In this document: positions 39,542 through 51,935 of the stretch, in pieces | How the letters are laid out: each line of letters opens with the position of its first letter | Position numbering within the stretch: the first letter of the stretch is position 1 | Source: an uncultured Clostridia bacterium | GTDB taxonomy: Bacteria > Bacillota > Clostridia > Oscillospirales > UBA644 | Length of the DNA: 62,426 nucleotides | Direction of reading: 5' to 3' | Assembly: GCA_944382895.1 (NCBI GenBank) | Contig: CALWNV010000002.1 | Location: forward strand, 1 to 62,426 | Position numbers and translations under genes: made by a program | The notes under the pieces: generated by a model | Databases searched by the model: none | What the model saw: the letters and a program-made list of their open reading frames with translations, nothing else | What the model was told of the DNA's origin: nothing

Positions 39542-39676
39542 TCAATAAGAAAGTCTTTTTCTTCCCTTTGCGCGTCTTCTTGACAGAACTTTTCTGCCAT
39601 TAGCAGTTCTCATTCTTTTACGAAACCCATGCTCTTTACTGCGCTGCCTTTTTTTAGGCTGATATGTTCTTACCAT
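39542..39676 (-). CDS. rpmH: 50S ribosomal protein L34
   Basis: Below the ORF-track size cutoff. My translation is [44 protein letters not shown], with a GGAGGG RBS. Confidence 0.95.
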   Translation of the reverse strand: MVRTYQPKKRQRSKEHGFRKRMRTANGRKVLSRRRAKGRKRLSY

Positions 39677-39770
39677 TTACAACCCTCCTTGCAGAATAAT
39701 TACAAAAATACGGTTTAACCCGTTTTGCATTTTCAATTTCAATACGATTTGCAATAGTCAACTAACTAAC

Positions 39771-39800
39771 ATTATATAACATATATCCCCTTTTTGTCAA
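39771..39800 (-). promoter_or_regulatory. rpmH promoter
   Basis: Minus strand reads TTGACA-18 nt-TATAAT. Confidence 0.6.
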
Positions 39801-39858
39801 GTGCTGAAAAATAATTTTTAAAAATTTGCTTTTTTTACTAATTTGTTAAAAATGCCTA

Positions 39859-39887
39859 TTGAAGTATATATATTTATATGGTATAAT
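39859..39887 (+). promoter_or_regulatory. dnaA promoter
   Basis: TTGAAG-17 nt-TATAAT with an extended TG (TGgTATAAT). Confidence 0.6.
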
Positions 39888-39941
39888 ATGTTAGATATAT
39901 TATTGTATTATATATTTTATATATAGAGTATGGAGGTTTAC

Positions 39942-41303
39942 ATGCAGGAGTTCAAAAACGTATGGTATAAAGCGGTAGAGAATCTCGAAGGACAAATTAC
40001 AGCCACGGCATTTGATCTCTGGATAAAATCAATACAGCCTGTCAAATATGAAAGTGACTGTGCTGTTCTTTTAGTCGAGTCTCAATTTCAGAAAGATGTT
40101 GTTACCGCAAAATATAAAGAAATAATAAAAAAAGCTCTTTCTGAAGTGGCCGGTTTTGAAATGGATATATCACTTATTACCTCAACAGAAATGAAAAACA
40201 ACAGGATAAAACCCATTGAGACTTCAGAAACCGTTGCTGAAATAGAAGAAAGTATAACTCCTATTTATAATGAATATACTTTTGATAATTTTGTAGTAGG
40301 GGATTCTAATAAACATGCATACGCCGCTTGTCTTGCTGTCGCTAAAAACCCAGCCAAAGCTTATAATCCTTTATTTATATATGGTAATACCGGTCTTGGA
40401 AAAACACATCTTTTATATGCTATAAAAAATGAATCACAGAAGCTTTTTCCTAAATCAAAAATACTATATATAAAAAGTGAAGACTTTGTAAACGAACTCG
40501 TTGAACTGACACAAAAAGGACGGGCTCCTTTAGGCGACCAAAAAAAGACGATGACGGATTTCAAAAAGAAATACCGCTCTGTCGATATTCTTTTAGTAGA
40601 CGACATTCAGTTTATTGCCGGAAAAGAACTTTCCCAAATAGAATTTTTTCATACATTTGATGCTCTTTATGAAAATAACAAACAAATAATTCTTTCATCC
40701 GATCGTCCTCCGAGAGATATCGCATATCTTGACGCTCGTCTTAGAGCAAGATTTGAACAGGGTATAACTGCGGACATAGTAATGCCCGAATATGAACTTA
40801 AAGTTGCAATAATAAAACAAAAGGCATCACAATTCAACATAAAAATATCTGAAGATGTTATTGCTTTTATCGCACAGCGTATAAAACATAATATCCGGCA
40901 GATAGAAGGAGTCCTTAAAAAACTTAAAGCAATCCAACTTATCTCAGATTCGCCGCCAAATATAGCGATTGCAGAAATAGCAATAAAAGATATAACAACC
41001 GAAAATGAGCCCGAACCGGTTGTTGTAGATAAAGTACTTACTGAAGTATCACGTGAATTTGAAGTATCTGTGGATGATATAAAGAGTAAAAAACAAAGCG
41101 CTAACATAACTTTTGCAAGACAAATCGCAATGTATATTATAAGAGAGATAACAGATATGTCTCTTGAAAGAATAGGCGAAGAATTTAACAGAGATCACGC
41201 GACCACACACCATTCAGTAAAGAAAATAGAAACAAAAATAGAAAACAGCATTTTTCTTAAATCAAAGATAGACGATATAATAAAAAATATAAGAAACTAC
41301 TGA
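39942..41303 (+). CDS. dnaA: chromosomal replication initiator protein DnaA
   Basis: AAA+ motif GNTGLGKTHLL and a C-terminal DnaA-box-binding domain (EEFNRDHATTHHSVKKI). I set the start at the ATG at 39942, 5 nt after GGAGG. The ORF track's ATG at 39930 is part of that RBS. Confidence 0.97.
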   Translation: MQEFKNVWYKAVENLEGQITATAFDLWIKSIQPVKYESDCAVLLVESQFQKDVVTAKYKEIIKKALSEVAGFEMDISLITSTEMKNNRIKPIETSETVAEIEESITPIYNEYTFDNFVVGDSNKHAYAACLAVAKNPAKAYNPLFIYGNTGLGKTHLLYAIKNESQKLFPKSKILYIKSEDFVNELVELTQKGRAPLGDQKKTMTDFKKKYRSVDILLVDDIQFIAGKELSQIEFFHTFDALYENNKQIILSSDRPPRDIAYLDARLRARFEQGITADIVMPEYELKVAIIKQKASQFNIKISEDVIAFIAQRIKHNIRQIEGVLKKLKAIQLISDSPPNIAIAEIAIKDITTENEPEPVVVDKVLTEVSREFEVSVDDIKSKKQSANITFARQIAMYIIREITDMSLERIGEEFNRDHATTHHSVKKIETKIENSIFLKSKIDDIIKNIRNY

Positions 41304-41531
41304 TACTGTTTTCAACAGCATCTTAAAAATATTTTAAACACTTTATTTTTTTTCATGATGAAAAAAATATATAAACAAAATTAAACAATATCAACATTTT
41401 GTTCAACATAATATAAACAATCAAAAAAACCGTTTACTAAGGAAAAAAACAAACGTTTTAACAATTTCTACATTCTTTACTACTTAAACTTTGTTTGTTA
41501 CTTTTTATTTTATAAAAGGAGGTTTTTTATT
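41304..41531. other. dnaA-dnaN spacer: AT-rich candidate oriC segment with degenerate DnaA-box-like words
   Basis: GTTTTCAACA (41308-41317), ATATCAACA (41388-41396) and TGTTCAACA (41400-41408). Each is 1-3 mismatches from TTATCCACA; the best is 8/9 to the relaxed TTWTNCACA. Confidence 0.5.
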
Positions 41532-42656
41532 TTGACATTCACATGTGACAGGGATATTCTTTTTGAAGCAGTAAATACAGTTATAAAAACAGTTCCTGCA
41601 AAATCAGCGGTTTCTGTTCTTGAAGGGATATATATTGAGGTTTGTACTGATAAGACAATAAAGCTCATCGGATCAGATACCGATATAAGCACAGAGATTA
41701 TTTTTGAATGTGAAAGTGTTACTGAAAATCAAAAAATGCTTTTGCCTGCGAAAAAGTTCTATGAAATGGTATCAAAAATGAATAGCGGAGAAGTATATTT
41801 TGAATATGAACCTAAAAAAATACTTCATATAAATTGCGGGGTTGTAAAATATGATATTCCCGTAATGGATGCCGATTTATATCCTGTAATTCCTATTGTA
41901 GAAAGGAAAGAAAAAATAATTATTTCAAAATCGGTTTTTTCAGATATCGTAAAGAAAACAGTTTTTTCAGTTGCGCAAAATGACGCAAAACCTATACTTC
42001 GCGGAGAGCTTTTTGATATTGAAGAAAATTCTATAACTGCAGTTACTACGGATCAGTTTAGGCTTTCCGTAAGTAAAAAAGAATTTAATAATGAGAGCGG
42101 AAAAAACTTTTCTATGGTTATTCCAGGAAAAACACTTTCTGATGTCATTAAAATAATAAAACAAGATGATACGGATATAGTTATAAATTGCGCTCATACG
42201 CATGTTCTTTTTGAGTTTGATAATGTAAAAGTTACTTCTAATCTTTTGGCTGGGGAATTTTCAAATTATAAAAATGTAATGCCTAAAAATTTTAAGACAG
42301 AAGTTACACTAAATACTGCCGAACTTAAAAAAGTTCTTGAACGGGCATCTGTTTTGACAAATGAAAAAATAAAGAATCCTCTTAAACTCAGTATAGAAGA
42401 AGAAACTGTTGTTTTTTCGTGCAGAACACCGGACGGAATGAGTTTTCTTGATGAAACATTTGCAAAAATAAACGGTGAGAAGTTTGAGATAGGATTTAAT
42501 GATAAATTTCTTTTGGATGTTATAAATGTAATAGAAGAAGAAGAAATAACAATTTATATGAATTCCCCTATTTCTCCTGCCTGTATACGTCCTGTAGGAA
42601 ATGAAAACGATATCTTTTTGATTTCGCCTATAAAAATAAGAAACAATGATAATTAA
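41532..42656 (+). CDS. dnaN: DNA polymerase III beta sliding clamp
   Basis: 374 aa with a TTG start after AAGGAGG. Synteny and sequence are typical of DnaN. Confidence 0.95.
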   Translation: MTFTCDRDILFEAVNTVIKTVPAKSAVSVLEGIYIEVCTDKTIKLIGSDTDISTEIIFECESVTENQKMLLPAKKFYEMVSKMNSGEVYFEYEPKKILHINCGVVKYDIPVMDADLYPVIPIVERKEKIIISKSVFSDIVKKTVFSVAQNDAKPILRGELFDIEENSITAVTTDQFRLSVSKKEFNNESGKNFSMVIPGKTLSDVIKIIKQDDTDIVINCAHTHVLFEFDNVKVTSNLLAGEFSNYKNVMPKNFKTEVTLNTAELKKVLERASVLTNEKIKNPLKLSIEEETVVFSCRTPDGMSFLDETFAKINGEKFEIGFNDKFLLDVINVIEEEEITIYMNSPISPACIRPVGNENDIFLISPIKIRNNDN

Positions 42657-43734
42657 AACGTTAAAAACCGAAAATTTCAGAAATCTTCAGGACGGAAAAA
42701 TTTGTTTTGACGATGGTGTTAATGTTTTAACGGGACTTAATGCTCAGGGAAAAACAAACATAATAGAAGCGCTTTGGTTATTTTCTTCTTCAAAATCTTT
42801 TAGAACAAATAATGAGAAGGATTTTATAAATCATAACGCTTCTCATTGTTCTGTTTCTGTCGATTTTATAAAAAATAAAAGAAGACAAAATGCCGGACTT
42901 TATTATTATGAAAAAAAAAGACGGGAGATATATCTTAACGATATAAAAGTAAAACCATCTGAATTAATCGGAAATTTTTCATCTGTGCTCTTTTTCCCTT
43001 CACATCTTAATCTTGTAAAAGAAGGTCCTGATATGAGGAGAAAATTTGTTGATTTTGCTTTGTCTCAAATAAAACCTCAATATTTTTCTCTTATTTCGGA
43101 TTATTCCAAAGTTTTGTTTCAGCGTAATAATATACTGAAAAGTGAGGATCCTGAACAATTAAAAACGCTTGAAGTATGGGATATAAAACTTTCAAAACTT
43201 GGGGCAAGAATATATATTTTGAGAAAAAAATATATACGGGAATTAGAAAAACATTCAAGGAATGTAATTGATGAGATTTCTGACGGAAAAGAAACACTTT
43301 TGCTTGACTATTTAAGTATTTGCGGGGCTGAAGATGATATTGTAAAAGTAGAAGAACTACTTATGAACAAACTTTTTATAAATAGAGAAAGAGATATACT
43401 TCTCGGTTATACTGATGCGGGAGTCCATAAAGACGATTTTGGGATTCTTATAAACGGCAGAAGCGCGAAAGCTTTTGCTTCACAGGGGCAGCAAAGATCA
43501 GCTGTAATGGCGTTGAAACTTGCAGAAGCGGAGATACTGAGATCTGTAACAGATGAATATCCTGTTTTACTTTTTGACGATGTTTTTTCTGAACTTGATA
43601 AAAATAGAAAAAATTATATAGTCGAAAAAATAAAAGAAAAACAAGTTATTATAACAGCATGTGAAAGCATTTCAGATTTCGGGGCTTATAAGTTGTTCAA
43701 TATAAAAGGTGGAAAAGTTAAAGAATTAACATGA
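42646..43734 (+). CDS. recF: DNA replication and repair protein RecF
   Basis: 362 aa with Walker A GLNAQGKTN, the SQGQQRS signature and LLFDDVFSELD. Confidence 0.95.
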   Translation: MIIKTLKTENFRNLQDGKICFDDGVNVLTGLNAQGKTNIIEALWLFSSSKSFRTNNEKDFINHNASHCSVSVDFIKNKRRQNAGLYYYEKKRREIYLNDIKVKPSELIGNFSSVLFFPSHLNLVKEGPDMRRKFVDFALSQIKPQYFSLISDYSKVLFQRNNILKSEDPEQLKTLEVWDIKLSKLGARIYILRKKYIRELEKHSRNVIDEISDGKETLLLDYLSICGAEDDIVKVEELLMNKLFINRERDILLGYTDAGVHKDDFGILINGRSAKAFASQGQQRSAVMALKLAEAEILRSVTDEYPVLLFDDVFSELDKNRKNYIVEKIKEKQVIITACESISDFGAYKLFNIKGGKVKELT

Positions 43735-43780
43735 AAATTATGATGAAAGGTTTTGCGGAAATCCGCTTTTATTTGATATT

Positions 43781-45977
<2,197 letters not shown>

Positions 45978-45995
45978 GAAAGGACAAAAGAGTAA

Positions 45996-48602
45996 ATGGA
46001 TGATAAAAGATTAAATAATGAAGGTCAGGAAGATATTTACGAGCTTTTCAGAAACCAAAACGTTGTTCATCGTGACCTGAACACAGAGATGAAAACTTCA
46101 TTTCTCGAATATTCGATGAGTGTTATAGTTTCTCGTGCTCTTCCTGATGTACGTGATGGCTTAAAACCTGTTCACAGGCGTATAATATATACTATGTTTG
46201 AAGATAATCTGACCCCTGACAGACCGTACCTTAAATCAGCGACTACGGTCGGAGATGTTCTCGGTCGTTATCATCCGCATGGCGACAGTTCGGTATATGA
46301 TGCGATGGTGCGTCTTGCGCAGTCTTTTTCTCTTAGATATCCTCTTGTAGATGGTCACGGAAATTTCGGTAATGTGGACGGGGATCCGGCGGCGGCGTAT
46401 CGTTATACTGAGGCAAGAATGGCAAAGATGGCTCTTGAAATGGTTCGGGATATAGATAAAGATACTGTTGATTTTATTCCAAATTATGATGAAAGACTTG
46501 CTGAGCCTGTAGTTCTTCCTTCACGATTTCCGAATCTTTTAGTCAATGGTTCAGTAGGTATTGCTGTAGGTATGGCGACATCTATTCCTCCACATAATCT
46601 TAATGAAGTTATAGATGCTATCGTATACCTCATGGAAAATGAAGAAGCTACAGTTGACGAACTTCTTAATTTTATTAAAGGTCCTGATTTTCCGACAGGC
46701 GGTATTGTTATGGGAAGAGCCGCTATGCGCAACGCTTATAATACCGGCAGAGGAAGAATAGCCGTAAGGGCAAAAACGGAGATAGAGGAATATAAAGATG
46801 GCAGATTTCGCATAGTCGTAACCGAAATTCCTTATATGGTGAATAAGGCTAAACTTTTGCAGGATATTGCCGAGCATGTAAATTCAAAGCGTATAGAGGG
46901 GATCCACGATCTACGTGACGAAAGTGACCGCCGAGGACTTACTATAGTAATTGAACTTAAGCGCGACGCGAATCCTCAGGTTGTTTTGAATCAGCTTTTT
47001 AAGAACACGCAGTTACAGGATACATTTTCTATAATATTGCTTGCTCTTTCTCACGGTGAACCGAGGATTCTTAATCTTAAACAGGTCCTTGAGGAATACA
47101 TAACATTCCAGAAAGAAATAATAAAACGAAGAACCAAATATGATCTTAAGAAAGCTCTTGACCGTGCTCATATATTGGAAGGATTCAGAAAAGCTCTTGA
47201 TCATATTGATGAAATCATATCAATAATACGAGCAAGCAAAACGGTCCAAGAAGCGAAGGAAAATTTGATAGCGCGTTTTGAGTTTACTGATATACAGGCT
47301 CAAAAAATCGTTGAAATGCGTTTGGGACAACTGACAGGTCTTGAAAGAGAGAAAATAGAAGAGGAATATAATGAACTGATAGCTCTTATCGCGGATTACC
47401 GAGATACTCTGAGCAATGAAGAACATGTTATCCGTATTATAAAAGAAGAACTTTTGGTTATCAAGAGTAAATTCGGTGATTCGCGTAAAACCGAGATTTC
47501 CGCTTCTGAGGATGATCTTGAGGACGAAGATTTAATAGAAGAGAGAACTTGTGTCTATACTTTTACTCATTGCGGGTATATCAAGCGTTTGCCGGAAGAT
47601 ACATATAAAGTCCAGAACAGGGGAGGTAAAGGCATAACCGCTATGACAACAAGAGAAGAAGATTTTGTCGAGGAGCTTTTTGTCGGCTCCACACATAATC
47701 TGATTCTTTTCTTTACAAACAGCGGGAAAGTACATTCTATTAAGGGTTACCGTATTCCCGAAAGTTCACGCCAGTCAAAAGGAATGAACGTTGTTAATCT
47801 TTTGCAACTTGAAGAAGGGGAGAAAGTCACCGCAATGATCCCCGTGTCATGCCTTGATGAGGAAGGCCTGTTCTTAAACATGATAACCAAAAGAGGCATC
47901 TCCAAACGTTGTGATCTCTGCGCATATAAAAATATGCGCAGGAATGGTCTCAGGGCGATAAATCTTGATGAGGGAGACGAGCTTGTAAGCGTAAAACTTA
48001 CGGACGGAAACCGGAAGATCATTGTCGCAACAAATGCGGGAATGGCGATAGAGTATGATGAGACCCAGGTTTCTGTTTTGGGAAGGACAGCCAGGGGAGT
48101 TCGCGCGATACGTCTTAAAAAAGATGAGTTTGTTATAGGCGCTGTTGTTGCGGAGGAAAATAAAAAGGTTTTGACCGTGACAGAAAAAGGTTACGGGAAA
48201 AGATCCGAGTTCTCCGCTTTCAAAGTACAGCATCGTGGCGGACGCGGGGTTAGGTGTCATAAGCTTTCGGAAAAGACCGGAGCTCTTGCAAGTATTCGTG
48301 CGGTTACCGAAGATGAAGATTTGATAGTTATTTCTTCCGACGGTATAATAATACGTGTAAGAATAAGCGATATCCCTGTTTATGGCAGAGCTTCGGGAGG
48401 CGTTCGTATTATGCGGCTTTCGGACGGAGTCTGTGTTGTCAATACTGCTACGGTGGAGTCCGCGGAAAATGAGGAAGTTTCGAAAATTGAGATAGATCCC
48501 GAAGAAGCGGAAGCTGCAGCGCAAGAGTCTGAGGAAGAAACAGAAGATAATCTTCCCGAGGAAGAAACAACCGAAGAAGAGGAATCTGAAGATGAAGAAT
48601 AA
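45996..48602 (+). CDS. gyrA: DNA gyrase subunit A
   Basis: 868 aa with the active-site [11 protein letters not shown]. It has an acidic, roughly 45 aa Glu/Asp-rich C-terminal tail. Confidence 0.98.
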   Translation: MDDKRLNNEGQEDIYELFRNQNVVHRDLNTEMKTSFLEYSMSVIVSRALPDVRDGLKPVHRRIIYTMFEDNLTPDRPYLKSATTVGDVLGRYHPHGDSSVYDAMVRLAQSFSLRYPLVDGHGNFGNVDGDPAAAYRYTEARMAKMALEMVRDIDKDTVDFIPNYDERLAEPVVLPSRFPNLLVNGSVGIAVGMATSIPPHNLNEVIDAIVYLMENEEATVDELLNFIKGPDFPTGGIVMGRAAMRNAYNTGRGRIAVRAKTEIEEYKDGRFRIVVTEIPYMVNKAKLLQDIAEHVNSKRIEGIHDLRDESDRRGLTIVIELKRDANPQVVLNQLFKNTQLQDTFSIILLALSHGEPRILNLKQVLEEYITFQKEIIKRRTKYDLKKALDRAHILEGFRKALDHIDEIISIIRASKTVQEAKENLIARFEFTDIQAQKIVEMRLGQLTGLEREKIEEEYNELIALIADYRDTLSNEEHVIRIIKEELLVIKSKFGDSRKTEISASEDDLEDEDLIEERTCVYTFTHCGYIKRLPEDTYKVQNRGGKGITAMTTREEDFVEELFVGSTHNLILFFTNSGKVHSIKGYRIPESSRQSKGMNVVNLLQLEEGEKVTAMIPVSCLDEEGLFLNMITKRGISKRCDLCAYKNMRRNGLRAINLDEGDELVSVKLTDGNRKIIVATNAGMAIEYDETQVSVLGRTARGVRAIRLKKDEFVIGAVVAEENKKVLTVTEKGYGKRSEFSAFKVQHRGGRGVRCHKLSEKTGALASIRAVTEDEDLIVISSDGIIIRVRISDIPVYGRASGGVRIMRLSDGVCVVNTATVESAENEEVSKIEIDPEEAEAAAQESEEETEDNLPEEETTEEEESEDEE

Positions 48603-49971
48603 TGAGAAATCAATGGAAAAAATAGTAACTCTGTGTAAAGTCCGGGGCTTTATATTTCCCGGAAGCGATATATACGGAGGTCTTGCCAATACATGGGATT
48701 ACGGACCTTTGGGGGCAAGGCTTAAAAATAATATTAAGGATACGTGGAGAAAAAGGTTTATCCAGGAACGAAAGAACAGTTATGAAGTTGATGCCGACAT
48801 ACTGATGCATCCGAGAGTATGGGAGGCAAGCGGTCATGTTGCGAGTTTTTCGGATCCTCTTCTGGATTGTAAAGAGTGTAAAATGCGTCACAGAGCGGAT
48901 AATCTTATAGAAAGTTTTGATCCCGATTCTCATCCTGATAAGATGACGAAGCAAGAGATGTTCGAATATATCAAACAAAAGCATATCCCCTGTCCTCACT
49001 GCGGAAAACATAATTTTACGGATATCCGTGAATTCAACCTTATGTTTCAGACATTTCGAGGTGTTACCAATGACAGTAAAAGCATAATATATCTTCGTCC
49101 GGAAAACGCGCAGGGAGAATATGTGAATTATCTGAATGTTCAGCGGACTATGCGTGCCAAGCTTCCTTTCAGTATCGGGCAGATAGGAAAAGCTTTCAGA
49201 AACGAAATCACACCGGGAAATTTTATTTTCAGGACGATAGAATTTGAGCAGATGGAATTCCAGACTTTCTGTAAAGAAGGGACAGACGGGGATTTATATG
49301 ATTATTTCAAAAAATACGGAATGAAATATTATTTGGATTTGGGTCTTTCTGCCGAGAACCTCAGATATCACGATCATGAAAAACTTGCGCATTATGCAAA
49401 GGCTGCTTGTGATATAGAGTTTTTATTTCCGTTTGGCTGGGGCGAGATAAACGGCACGCATAACAGAACCGATTTTGATTTGACCCGTCATCAGGAATAC
49501 AGTGGACAAAAAATGGAATATCTTGATCCTGAAACGAACGAAAGATATATTCCGTATATAATCGAATCTACTTACGGCCTTGACAGGACCGTTCTTGCGC
49601 TTCTTTGCGAAGCCTATGACGAAGAGGTATTGGACGCAGAAAAAAACGATATAAGAACAGTTCTTCATCTTAATCCGGCGGTAGCTCCTTACAAAGCCGC
49701 GGTTCTGCCTCTTTCCAAAAAGCTTTCGGAAGGCGCGGAAAAAGTTTATGAACAACTCAGCAGATTTTTTATGGTAGATTTTGATGAGGCCGGGTCTATA
49801 GGCAAAAGATATCGCAGACAAGACGAAATAGGCACTCCGTTTTGTATAACATTTGATTTTGACAGTTTAGAGGACGGCAGCGTCACTGTCCGAGACAGAG
49901 ACACGATGGAACAGGTGAGAATAAAAACAGAGGAGCTTGCCGGATATATCGGTAATAGAATTATATTTTAA
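48592..49971 (+). CDS. glyQS: glycine--tRNA ligase (homodimeric class II, GlyQS)
   Basis: 459 aa with [23 protein letters not shown] and [21 protein letters not shown]. The start overlaps the gyrA 3' end by 11 nt; an alternative ATG lies at 48613. Confidence 0.95.
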   Translation: MKNNEKSMEKIVTLCKVRGFIFPGSDIYGGLANTWDYGPLGARLKNNIKDTWRKRFIQERKNSYEVDADILMHPRVWEASGHVASFSDPLLDCKECKMRHRADNLIESFDPDSHPDKMTKQEMFEYIKQKHIPCPHCGKHNFTDIREFNLMFQTFRGVTNDSKSIIYLRPENAQGEYVNYLNVQRTMRAKLPFSIGQIGKAFRNEITPGNFIFRTIEFEQMEFQTFCKEGTDGDLYDYFKKYGMKYYLDLGLSAENLRYHDHEKLAHYAKAACDIEFLFPFGWGEINGTHNRTDFDLTRHQEYSGQKMEYLDPETNERYIPYIIESTYGLDRTVLALLCEAYDEEVLDAEKNDIRTVLHLNPAVAPYKAAVLPLSKKLSEGAEKVYEQLSRFFMVDFDEAGSIGKRYRRQDEIGTPFCITFDFDSLEDGSVTVRDRDTMEQVRIKTEELAGYIGNRIIF

Positions 49972-49989
49972 TATACGGGGAAAAGACAA

Positions 49990-51096
49990 ATGATTATTTT
50001 GGATGAATACCGCCTTAAGCTTGAGAGCCTTAAAAAAGAAATTTCCGAATTGGGAGAGACAATTAAAATTTCGGAGCTTGAACGTAAATACGAAGATCTT
50101 GAACGTCAGACCGCTGATCCGGAATTTTGGAATGACCAGGAAAACAGTCAAAAAATTATTAAAGAGCAGAAAGGCGTTAAAGAAAAAATTTCCGCGTTTC
50201 GTGAATTGTCTTCGTTATGTGAAGATGGGGAAACCCTTGTCCTTCTCGCGGAGGAGGAGTGTGACGATGCCACGGAAAAAGAGATTGTTGAAACCGTGGA
50301 AAAAACGGAAAAAATGCTTGAGAAGCAAAGGCTTGAAACGCTTTTATGCGGGGAATACGATAAAAACAACGCGATTCTTTCTTTTCATGCTGGCGCGGGC
50401 GGAACGGAGGCACAGGATTGGGCAATGATGCTTTTCCGTATGCATACTCGTTTTGCTGAGAAGATGGGCTTCAAAGTAAAAGTCATGGATTTTCTTGACG
50501 GTGAAGAAGCCGGGATGAAAAGTGGGGTTTTGCTTGTCGAAGGAACAAACGCTTACGGCTATCTGAAGTCTGAAAACGGAGTTCACCGGCTTGTCCGTAT
50601 TTCTCCCTTTGACGCTGCGGGCAAAAGACATACTTCTTTTGCTTCGGTCGAGGTTATGCCTGAGATTAACGATGATATGAGCGATTTTGAGATTAGGGAT
50701 GAAGATATAGAAGTCGAAGCGCACAGAGCAAGCGGCGCGGGAGGTCAGCATATAAATAAAACAGACAGCGCGATCCGGATAGTTCATAAACCCACCGGTA
50801 TAGTGGTCGGATGTCAAAGCGAGCGTTCGCAAAAGCAGAATAGGGAAACAGCGATGAGAATGCTTAAATCCAAGCTGATTGAAATCAAAGAGCGAGAGCA
50901 TCTTGAAAAAATAGAAGATATAAAAGGAGACCAGAAAAAGATCGAATGGGGCTCCCAGATCCGTTCTTATGTGTTTATGCCTTATACTCTTGTAAAAGAT
51001 CATCGTACCGGTTACGAGATGGGTAATGTAAACGCTGTAATGGACGGGGAACTGGACGGCTTTGTGGATGCTTATCTGAAGTTTATTAAAAAATGA
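49990..51096 (+). CDS. prfB: peptide chain release factor 2 (single uninterrupted frame)
   Basis: 368 aa with the SPF tripeptide (RISPFD) and the GGQ motif (SGAGGQHINK). The N-terminus aligns through the usual frameshift position without a stop. Confidence 0.95.
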   Translation: MIILDEYRLKLESLKKEISELGETIKISELERKYEDLERQTADPEFWNDQENSQKIIKEQKGVKEKISAFRELSSLCEDGETLVLLAEEECDDATEKEIVETVEKTEKMLEKQRLETLLCGEYDKNNAILSFHAGAGGTEAQDWAMMLFRMHTRFAEKMGFKVKVMDFLDGEEAGMKSGVLLVEGTNAYGYLKSENGVHRLVRISPFDAAGKRHTSFASVEVMPEINDDMSDFEIRDEDIEVEAHRASGAGGQHINKTDSAIRIVHKPTGIVVGCQSERSQKQNRETAMRMLKSKLIEIKEREHLEKIEDIKGDQKKIEWGSQIRSYVFMPYTLVKDHRTGYEMGNVNAVMDGELDGFVDAYLKFIKK

Positions 51097-51935
51097 ATCT
51101 GACACGCATTTCTGAAATCAAACCTTTGATGGAAAGACACGGCTTTAGATTTTCAAAAAGCCTGGGTCAGAATTTCCTTATAAATGACGATATTCCCCGA
51201 AGGATCGTTGAAAATGCGGGTATTGATCAAAATACGTCCGTTTTGGAAATCGGACCGGGGATAGGATGTCTTACCTGTCGCCTTGCTGAAAAGGCGGCAA
51301 AAGTTACGGCGGTTGAAATAGACCGCCGTCTTTTGCCTGTTTTAGAAGAAACTTTGTCGGCTCATGACAATATTGAGATAATAAATGCCGATATTCTGAA
51401 AATAGATGTTTCCGAACTTTGTGCGGCAAGAGGGATAACTGCTGTTTGTGCAAATCTGCCTTATTATATAACCACCCCTGTGATAATGCGTTTGTTGGAA
51501 AGCAATACTTCCATAAAAACTTTTACGGTAATGGTTCAGAGAGAAGTTGCCCGTAGATTCACCTCCGAGCCGGGCACAAAAGAATACGGGGCAATAACTC
51601 TTGCGGTGAATTATTATTCGCGGCCGGAAATTCTTTTTGATGTTTCTCCCGGTAATTTTATTCCCGCGCCTAAGGTCTTTTCAAGTGTTGTAAAATTTAC
51701 AGTAAGATCTTCGCCGATGTTGTCATGTGACAAAAAAATTTTGTTCAGAATAATAAAAGCAGGGTTTTCTAAACGACGGAAAACTTTGGCGAATGCTCTT
51801 TTTGATGAGTTAAAAGAAGATAAAGATGATATAGTAAAAAAAATTGAAGAGGCCGGCTTTCCTGCGGATATCAGGGCTGAAAAGCTTAGTCTGGAGGATT
51901 TTGGCAGGCTTACGGAAGTTTTTTGTTTTTTATAA
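51093..51935 (+). CDS. rsmA: 16S rRNA (adenine1518/1519-N6)-dimethyltransferase RsmA/KsgA
   Basis: 280 aa with SLGQNFL and EIGPGIGCLT. ATGA overlap with prfB. Confidence 0.95.
   Translation: MNLTRISEIKPLMERHGFRFSKSLGQNFLINDDIPRRIVENAGIDQNTSVLEIGPGIGCLTCRLAEKAAKVTAVEIDRRLLPVLEETLSAHDNIEIINADILKIDVSELCAARGITAVCANLPYYITTPVIMRLLESNTSIKTFTVMVQREVARRFTSEPGTKEYGAITLAVNYYSRPEILFDVSPGNFIPAPKVFSSVVKFTVRSSPMLSCDKKILFRIIKAGFSKRRKTLANALFDELKEDKDDIVKKIEEAGFPADIRAEKLSLEDFGRLTEVFCFL

Larger units (their letters stand above)
39677..39929. other. rpmH-dnaA intergenic region: divergent promoters plus an extremely AT-rich stretch (candidate DNA-unwinding part of oriC)
   Basis: The strand of transcription switches here. 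Positions 39860-39930 are almost pure A/T (tatatatatttatatggtataatatgttagatatattattgtattatatattttatatatag). I found no canonical TTATCCACA box. Confidence 0.45.

Noticed and set aside
50003-50428. 141 aa ORF in another frame at the prfB 5' end, considered as a possible frameshift partner.
   Set aside because: The main frame is continuous and aligns to RF2 from residue 1. The alternate frame is Lys/Arg-rich nonsense.
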